The notes under the pieces: generated by a model
What the model was told of the DNA's origin: nothing
The model's database searches: none
The model's input: only the letters and a program-made list of their open reading frames with translations
Source: Escherichia phage A221
Length of the DNA stretch: 64,000 nt
Reading direction: 5' to 3' (one strand)
Sequence record: ON862890.1
Made by a program: the position numbers and the translations under genes
Shown: positions 57,857-64,000 of the stretch, piece after piece
Position numbering within the stretch: position 1 is the stretch's first letter
How the letters are laid out: each line of letters starts with the position of its first letter

Positions 57857-57948
57857 CGTAGAAAGTTAATATTCACGCAAGTTCGCGCTCCGCTTGGTCG
57901 CGCACCTTATAACACTAAGGTGTTAACTTTCTTTTCAATAAAAAGTAG

Positions 57949-57977
57949 TTTACATCTATGAAAATGCAGTATATTAT
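57949..57977 (+). promoter_or_regulatory. sigma70-like early promoter (GTTTACA-N17-TATTAT)
   Basis: Strong match to the recurring promoter family, upstream of a codon-optimised gene. Confidence 0.5.
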
Positions 57978-58045
57978 GTTCTCACTACACAGTCAGAACA
58001 ACAATATGCCGCGGATACGGTCTTAATAACGAAAGGGTTTTTATT

Positions 58046-58882
58046 ATGTCATATATTCTTCATGTGGAATCTGGAACCAAAATTGAAATTGAAGGCAAAG
58101 ACGTTGCTGCTATTCAGGCTGAAATCAAAGAAGCAGGTCTGATCATCGGAAACGTTACCCTGCGCCGTATGGTTGAAGGTGTTCTTCAGGCTGCCAACGG
58201 CTTCGAACTGATTGAAGGTCTGAGCGCCGAAGAGAAGGAAGAAACCCAGCAGGCTCTGGCGCAAGCCCAAGAGCAAGCCCAAGCTGAAGTATCCCTGAAA
58301 GTCGCTGAAACCGTTGATACTGAAGCACCGATCTCTGCCGATGCATGTGTAGCCCCAGTGTCCGACGCCCCGGTAGACGCGGTTGAAGATGCCGTCAACG
58401 CGGCGCTGGAAGAAGGCAATCAGCCGTCCGACGCGAAAATCGGTTCCTTGGCGTCTTCGATGCTGAAAGAAGCATCGAAGGGTAAGACCCTGACCCCGCA
58501 GGCAGCGCTGGTAGAGCGTAAACGCCGTCACACCAAACGTGAGGAAATGGTTGACTTGGCTCGCGCTTCTAATCACGGTCCGGTCTTGGCGGCGATTGAA
58601 GCTGGTGTTGTCCCCGGCGTGTTCCTGAGCTACGTGAACCCAGACATGCGTTGGTTCCAGTTCCCGGTCACCGAACTGGCTAACCCTGAAAACCTTCATG
58701 CTCGCACCAATACGTATGTCGACGTTGCGCCTATCGTTTCCGGTGGCTGGGGCTTCAGTCTGTACGTGAACGGCAAGTCCTTCACCAAACGTCAGAAGAT
58801 CAAAGAGTCTGATGCTGAGTCTCTGGTTAAGGCGATCAATGAATGGCTTCCACAGGCTCTGGCTGAAGCGAAAGCTGTGTAA
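58046..58882 (+). CDS. abundant early protein of unknown function (278 aa)
   Basis: Promoter upstream; codon-optimised; Ala/Glu-rich N-terminal half. Confidence 0.55.
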   Translation: MSYILHVESGTKIEIEGKDVAAIQAEIKEAGLIIGNVTLRRMVEGVLQAANGFELIEGLSAEEKEETQQALAQAQEQAQAEVSLKVAETVDTEAPISADACVAPVSDAPVDAVEDAVNAALEEGNQPSDAKIGSLASSMLKEASKGKTLTPQAALVERKRRHTKREEMVDLARASNHGPVLAAIEAGVVPGVFLSYVNPDMRWFQFPVTELANPENLHARTNTYVDVAPIVSGGWGFSLYVNGKSFTKRQKIKESDAESLVKAINEWLPQALAEAKAV

Positions 58883-58957
58883 ATTTAAGTTCAGAAACTG
58901 TTCAATAGATGAAGGGGTTGCTATAATAGCAGCTCCTTTTGTTTATCGGAGCAGTTT

Positions 58958-59617
58958 ATGTCCTACTCCCTGAAGGGGCTGATGAAGCGCCCCGTCCACA
59001 CATTCTTTAAACCACCCGTCGTAAAGGGGATCTACCCAGCACGAGGGCAAATCTACTACGTCAAAGGCTCCAATGGTAGCGGTAAATCCACTGTGCCGTC
59101 TCAGCTGGCGGAGAGGGATCCTCAGGCGTATGTCGTGACCCATAACGGCAAGGTAATGCTGACTGTCTGTCCTTCGTTCAACGTGGTCTGTATCGGTAAA
59201 TATGACAAGTCGAAGTCCAAGGGGGTTGATTCCCTGAAGGACACTGAGCAGATGTTGTTCGCGTTGTCTATTGCTGACCAACCAGAATACTTGAAATATG
59301 ATGTGATTTTCGAAGGTATCATTCCATCAACATTATTGAGTTCTTGGATCCCCCGCCTGACACGCCCACCACGTGAATTGGTTGTGCTCTTTATGGACAC
59401 TCCCCTTGAAACGTGTATCTCCCGCGTTAAATCACGTAACGGTGGTGTGGACTTCAATGAAGGTCTGGTGGTCGAGAAGTGGGAGAGAGTTCATGACCAT
59501 CGTCAACGACATAAAGACTTGTTCCCTACGGTAGCTGCGGGTATGATGAAGTCTCACGGCCTAACGGTAGACCAGGCTGTGATGGCATTCCTCTGTCGTG
59601 ATTTTGGGAGTATCTGA
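58958..59617 (+). CDS. P-loop kinase (nucleotide or modified-base kinase)
   Basis: Walker A GSNGSGKST; GGAG RBS; stop overlaps next start. Confidence 0.6.
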   Translation: MSYSLKGLMKRPVHTFFKPPVVKGIYPARGQIYYVKGSNGSGKSTVPSQLAERDPQAYVVTHNGKVMLTVCPSFNVVCIGKYDKSKSKGVDSLKDTEQMLFALSIADQPEYLKYDVIFEGIIPSTLLSSWIPRLTRPPRELVVLFMDTPLETCISRVKSRNGGVDFNEGLVVEKWERVHDHRQRHKDLFPTVAAGMMKSHGLTVDQAVMAFLCRDFGSI

Positions 59618-60663
59618 TGGAAATCAAAGCAATTAACAACAATGACATGCTGAAGCAGGCTGTCTTGGCTATCCGTGAATTCGGGATCGAATCTGATCCT
59701 GGTAATGCTGAAATAAATACTGATAGCACCCGCTTCCTTGATGGCGTGACCATAACCGTCGCCGACATCCGTGACCGCTGGCTATCCGTTGAAGGTCGTA
59801 ACTCATCGGCTATCGCTGCCATCGGCGAGACCTTCTGGGTTCTGTCCGGGCGCGATGACGTTCGCTTCCTGTCCCGCGTGTTGCCCCGCGCCGCCAACTT
59901 TTCCGACAACGGCCACACATGGCGAGCCGCTTATGGTCCGCGTCTGTACGCCCATGGCCAGCTGGATAGCGTTATCAACCGCCTGCGCAAGAACCCAAAC
60001 ACTCGCCAGGCGTACCTCACCATCTATGACCCGGCTCTAGATTCGGATGCTGGTCTGGCGAAGTTCAGCGAGAGCGGCGAAGCGAAGACCAAGGACATGG
60101 TGTGTAACTTGGCTCTGTTGTTCGCCATCGTTGAAGGTCGTCTGAACCTGACGGTCATCAATCGCTCACAGGATGTTCTTTGGGGGATGAGTTCAATTAA
60201 CTTCATTGAGTTCTCTATTCTTCAGGAAGTGATTGCTCGGGTGCTGGATGTTGATGTCGGTCAGTACAAGCTATTCTCTAATAATCTTCATTACTACAAC
60301 AATGAAGTCAGCCAGAAGCAGCTGGGCAAGATCACGAAGGACACCAAAGTAGAAGCTGGGTTCATCAACTCCATGATTCACTTCACGAACGTGACCAACC
60401 AGAACCATATCCGCAATCTGTTCACTGGTGTGCTTCATCACTGTGATATCGGCAGCCCGTGGGAAACTGTGGTCGCCCACCTGAAGGAATATGATGCTGA
60501 TCGTGGCCTGATTGTACAGATGGCGTACTGTCTGCACTGCAAACTGAACGAAAAGCTCATTAACCTGGACCTGATTCAGGATCATGGCTTGAACATCGCG
60601 CTCACCCATTCCCCGGTTGACCGCAAGATCGTTGATCCTAAGTTCCTGGAAGGTGTAGTATGA
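59617..60663 (+). CDS. thymidylate-synthase-family pyrimidine C5 methylase/hydroxymethylase
   Basis: NPNTRQAYLTIYDP; catalytic Cys in DMVCNLALLF; NRSQDVLWGMSSINF aligns to ThyA QRSCDVFLGLPFNIA with Asn retained; 348 aa. Confidence 0.75.
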   Translation: MEIKAINNNDMLKQAVLAIREFGIESDPGNAEINTDSTRFLDGVTITVADIRDRWLSVEGRNSSAIAAIGETFWVLSGRDDVRFLSRVLPRAANFSDNGHTWRAAYGPRLYAHGQLDSVINRLRKNPNTRQAYLTIYDPALDSDAGLAKFSESGEAKTKDMVCNLALLFAIVEGRLNLTVINRSQDVLWGMSSINFIEFSILQEVIARVLDVDVGQYKLFSNNLHYYNNEVSQKQLGKITKDTKVEAGFINSMIHFTNVTNQNHIRNLFTGVLHHCDIGSPWETVVAHLKEYDADRGLIVQMAYCLHCKLNEKLINLDLIQDHGLNIALTHSPVDRKIVDPKFLEGVV

Positions 60664-61229
60664 TGTACCCAAATCTTGAATTCTTTACGGGGCGCAAACG
60701 CTCCGGTAAGGACTTCTGTTTGGAGTCCCTCATCAGCTATCACCAACTACAGGGTGATATGGACATACAGCGCCTTTCTTTCTCTGATGAACTGCGCCGT
60801 GTAGCCAACTACATCTACCCATGGCTCCCAGCGGAGGTAGAGGATGCCGTGAAGGACGTTCCTTACGTGCACCCTGATAACCCCAAGGGCTTAACTCCAC
60901 GGCAGATCTGGCTTCATCTAGGCAGCGATACGGGCTTGCGTTACGTACAACCCGATCTGTTCCTGGCATTCTTCAAGCGCTTCCAGCTTCCTCTGGTAGA
61001 GCAGAACCCCCACGTCCATTATATCGTGAGCGATCTGCGTACCCCTCAGGAATATGAATGGGCGCTGAGTACGAAATGTCCTATCACCCGTATTTCAAAG
61101 GCCGACCGTGCTGGTATCATAGAGGATGATATAGAGGCTTTCATTGACCAAATGAAAGTGGACTACGAATTCCTCAATCCATTTGATGGTTGGGAACCGT
61201 TCGTTAAATTCTACGGAGAACGTAAATGA
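60660..61229 (+). CDS. deoxynucleoside monophosphate kinase (gp1-like)
   Basis: N-terminal FFTGRKRSGKD matches T4 gp1 LSGVKRSGKD P-loop. Confidence 0.6.
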   Translation: MMYPNLEFFTGRKRSGKDFCLESLISYHQLQGDMDIQRLSFSDELRRVANYIYPWLPAEVEDAVKDVPYVHPDNPKGLTPRQIWLHLGSDTGLRYVQPDLFLAFFKRFQLPLVEQNPHVHYIVSDLRTPQEYEWALSTKCPITRISKADRAGIIEDDIEAFIDQMKVDYEFLNPFDGWEPFVKFYGERK

Positions 61230-61780
61230 TCACAGCAGGGCATATCAAAAGCCTGCTCGAACTCCAAAAGGCCACCAACGTGGCCTACTTTGGGGAAGAG
61301 TGGAAGAATGTATGGAGTCAGAACGCAGTCATCAACTCTATCTATCGTGAGTGGGCAGAGTTCCTTGATGAAACCACCCGTGACTGGAAGGTCTATGGCA
61401 ACGACATCGGGTTTGACCATACGAACGCAGTTTATGAACTGGTGGACGTGGTACACTTCATGTTGTGCTTCATCCTTGTGGACCGCACCAAAGGTGAGAT
61501 CGAAGAAGAATTTGAAGTCCTTAGTAATCGCGAATTCACCCCATCTGCTTTGGGTGTTGTAGGGCATCGCAATGTTACGTACCGCCTTGGGCAATTCATG
61601 AACGATCCTTGCGTTGAGACTCTCATGTTCTTCCTGTCGTCTGCGTGTTCTTATATGGAGATCGACATTGAGACTTACATACTGGCACACAAACGCAAGA
61701 ACGATCGCAATCGCCTGCGTGCTGCTGGTGGCGCGGATTACGATAAGTCCGCAGAAACCCCTCTGACCCTGGAGTTCTAA
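61226..61780 (+). CDS. all-alpha dNTP pyrophosphatase (gp56-like)
   Basis: ELVDVVHFMLCF matches T4 gp56 ELVDIFHFVLNMF. Confidence 0.6.
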   Translation: MITAGHIKSLLELQKATNVAYFGEEWKNVWSQNAVINSIYREWAEFLDETTRDWKVYGNDIGFDHTNAVYELVDVVHFMLCFILVDRTKGEIEEEFEVLSNREFTPSALGVVGHRNVTYRLGQFMNDPCVETLMFFLSSACSYMEIDIETYILAHKRKNDRNRLRAAGGADYDKSAETPLTLEF

Positions 61781-62322
61781 TGTTTACAGTCGTCGTTTCA
61801 TATCATGCAGACAACGCGGCGAACGCATCCGCTAATTTCGCCGAGCACATCATCGGCGGCGGTCATAATGTATTCCTTACTGAATACACCAGGCCTGTTA
61901 AACCAGGCGACGGTCTTTCGGCGACTGTTACGCATAAGATCGCCAGCGAGCAACCAGAGTCTCTGTTCAGGATGATCGAAGAGTATGCCGGTGGTGGCAT
62001 CAAGATACCAGATGAACTGGTAGACGTCTATTTTGAAGGCTCGATCTATTACATCCACGCTATGCCAAAGGATGTAACCATTGAACAGATGATGTATATC
62101 CTGAATATAGCACTGAACACTGCGTGCATCAACCGCACGAACTACAACAATCTGCGCAATATGTACCTAACCGACCGGCATAATGACGCATCGTCACTTG
62201 TTGAGACAATGTCCCTGAAGAGCATCCAAGAGGCGGTTAACATTTTGTCCCAGAAGGTTATGGGTGTAGAATTATTAACGACGATCAACAATAAAGAGGA
62301 AGTGAAATGGCCAGTTCATTAA
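61780..62322 (+). CDS. hypothetical protein (180 aa)
   Basis: ORF track; ATG overlaps upstream stop. Confidence 0.45.
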   Translation: MFTVVVSYHADNAANASANFAEHIIGGGHNVFLTEYTRPVKPGDGLSATVTHKIASEQPESLFRMIEEYAGGGIKIPDELVDVYFEGSIYYIHAMPKDVTIEQMMYILNIALNTACINRTNYNNLRNMYLTDRHNDASSLVETMSLKSIQEAVNILSQKVMGVELLTTINNKEEVKWPVH

Positions 62323-63392
62323 TGGACCGCATGCTGAAGGTTGCTAAGAAACACGATGACCAGGCTTCAGTGCTGTCCAAATCCGACGCTCTGGAACCGT
62401 CTATCATCTGTTCTACTGGTATTCCCCTGATCGATATCGCATGGTCTGGGCGTATTGACGGCGGTCTGATCTCCGGTATCAAGATGATGGTGGGTGATTC
62501 CCGTACCTTCAAAACGATGTTCGGTCTGGTAGACGTCAAGGCGTACATGGACAAGTTCCCTGATGCTATCTGCGTCTTTGCGGACTCAGAAAAGGGTGCC
62601 AACGCCGATTACTGGACCTCTATGGGCATTGACATGGACCGCGTCCTGTACGTACCGATCGACAACGTTGAACAGACCAAGATCCGCTTGCTGCAGATCC
62701 TACAGGAAGTCAAGAAAGGTGACCATGTTATAATCTTCATCGACTCTATCAGCCAACTTCCCTCCACCAAGGAAGTTGAAGATGCGATCAAAGGGAACGA
62801 CACTCAAGACATGACCCGCGCCCGTGCCCTTAACAGCTTCTGGCGTGTCATGACTCCCGAAATCAACAGCAAAAATCTCGTGTGTGTTTGGATCAACTCC
62901 TATTACGATGAGATCGGCAACCAATATGCCGAGCCTAACATCAAAGGCGGCAAACAGGGCTTCTTATCCTCCAACTTGATCTGGTTTATCACCCGTTCTC
63001 AGGTGAAGGAAGACAAAGATCTGCTGGGTTGGAACTTCAACATAAGCATCATGAAAGGTCGCCATGTCAAAGAGAAAGCCAAGCTCCCTGTGACGGTACT
63101 GTACAACGGTGGTATTGATCGCTGGAGCGGCCTGCTTGAGATCGCTCGTGCTCTGGGTTATGTTGATATGCCGTCTTCCGGTTGGTATGTGCGTACAGCC
63201 AAGGGTGGTTTCGATCCTGAGAAGGAAAAGAAATATCAGAAGCGTCAGATGGATGATGATTTCTGGTATCCGCTGCTGGAGAATGTCAACTTCGCCGATG
63301 ACGTGAAGAAAATGTTCGGTGTTTCTAACGGTACTGTTATGCCTGCTAACATGCTGGAGCAAATGGACCATGTTATCAACACAAGCGAATAA
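62307..63392 (+). CDS. uvsX: UvsX recombinase (RecA-like)
   Basis: KTMFGLVDVKAYMDKFPDAICVFADSE, IIFIDSISQL, DMTRARALNSFWRVMTPEINSKN match T4 UvsX. Confidence 0.9.
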   Translation: MASSLMDRMLKVAKKHDDQASVLSKSDALEPSIICSTGIPLIDIAWSGRIDGGLISGIKMMVGDSRTFKTMFGLVDVKAYMDKFPDAICVFADSEKGANADYWTSMGIDMDRVLYVPIDNVEQTKIRLLQILQEVKKGDHVIIFIDSISQLPSTKEVEDAIKGNDTQDMTRARALNSFWRVMTPEINSKNLVCVWINSYYDEIGNQYAEPNIKGGKQGFLSSNLIWFITRSQVKEDKDLLGWNFNISIMKGRHVKEKAKLPVTVLYNGGIDRWSGLLEIARALGYVDMPSSGWYVRTAKGGFDPEKEKKYQKRQMDDDFWYPLLENVNFADDVKKMFGVSNGTVMPANMLEQMDHVINTSE

Positions 63393-63699
63393 CAGTGGAG
63401 GGGGAGGAGACTCCCCCAATAACTACACAATCATCGACCCTGGTGCTGATCAGCTGGCGATCATCAAGATCACTTCTGGCAAATTCCGTGGTGTTCAATT
63501 CCGGTTCGGCAAGGTGGCCATCAACGAAGTGGACTGCGAACCCCGCCTGTCTTTCGTGACTGATATATTGAAGAAACCATTGCGTCTGATGTTTGTGAAT
63601 TTGAAAGAAAATGACTTGTTCACTGAGGTGTCAGGGGATATCCTTGTAGACCTCATGCAGCGTAATGCTCAGGAATATAATAAATTTTTGGTGGGGTAA
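63319..63699 (+). CDS. small protein with hydrophobic N-terminus (start uncertain)
   Basis: Only in-frame ATG lies 74 nt inside uvsX; a GGAGGGGGAGGAG run at 63397-63410 has no canonical start after it. Confidence 0.3.
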   Translation: MFLTVLLCLLTCWSKWTMLSTQANNSGGGGDSPNNYTIIDPGADQLAIIKITSGKFRGVQFRFGKVAINEVDCEPRLSFVTDILKKPLRLMFVNLKENDLFTEVSGDILVDLMQRNAQEYNKFLVG

Positions 63700-63706
63700 G
63701 TGGCCA

Positions 63707-64000
63707 ATGTTACTCGAATCTGTCGTGCTTTCACAGTTGATTTACAATGAAGATTACCAAAGAAAGATCCTGCCGTACCTGAAAGCCGATTATTTTGACA
63801 ACGAAGGCGAAAAGGTCATCTTTGGTCTGATTGACAGTTATACCTCAGAGTACAATGCCCGCCCGTCTGTCGAAGCACTATCTATAATTCTTGAACGGAC
63901 AAAGCTGAACGAATATGTGTTTGACCAGGCGGTATCTGCCCTGGAGAACATCAACGACAACACCTTCAATGAAGAGTGGCTGGCGAAGGAAACCGAGGCT
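63707..64000 (+). CDS. 41: replicative DNA helicase (gp41 family), 5' partial
   Basis: N-terminal LSQLIYNEDYQRKILPYLKADYFD and EWLAKETEA match T4 gp41; runs off window end. Confidence 0.75.
   Translation, partial: MLLESVVLSQLIYNEDYQRKILPYLKADYFDNEGEKVIFGLIDSYTSEYNARPSVEALSIILERTKLNEYVFDQAVSALENINDNTFNEEWLAKETEA

Noticed and set aside
1-64000. tRNA genes, rRNA genes, integrase or prophage boundaries
   Set aside because: No cloverleaf-like T-loop motifs, rRNA-like stretches, or tyrosine/serine recombinase signatures were recognised; the content is consistent with a lytic phage genome interior. A covariance-model scan was not possible.

Overview
The window reads as a densely packed block of a T4-superfamily lytic myovirus genome, mostly plus-strand with short overlapping genes and enterobacterial-style codon usage. 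All calls are from reading the sequence and ORF track by eye; no searches were run. Recognisable core genes are UvsW, the sliding clamp gp45, clamp loader gp44/gp62, RegA, an XPD/DinG-like helicase, a bacterial-type RNase HI, a candidate gp55-like late sigma factor, gp47/gp46, primase gp61, an endolysin, PhoH, NrdA/NrdB/NrdH, minus-strand baseplate genes (gp25, a gp5-like spike with a CHAP domain), gp32, a thymidylate-synthase-family/kinase/pyrophosphatase block, UvsX and the start of helicase gp41. No rRNA, tRNA, CRISPR array or integrase was recognised. The best candidates for an undescribed system are (1) the 8.5 kb block after regA, where T4 has its DNA polymerase gene, which instead holds unassigned proteins including a 734-aa vWA-domain protein and an ACP-like protein whose attachment serine is replaced by Glu, and (2) a pyrimidine-modification module that, with a phage HU homolog, suggests modified thymidine in the DNA. 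Regulatory structure is unusually legible: repeated terminator-promoter cassettes (TTTACT-N17-TATACT/TATTAT), three exact T4-type late promoters (TATAAATA) about 35 nt upstream of start codons, and a conserved translation-initiation motif (TTTGAA...GGAACTATATCATG) on at least ten genes.
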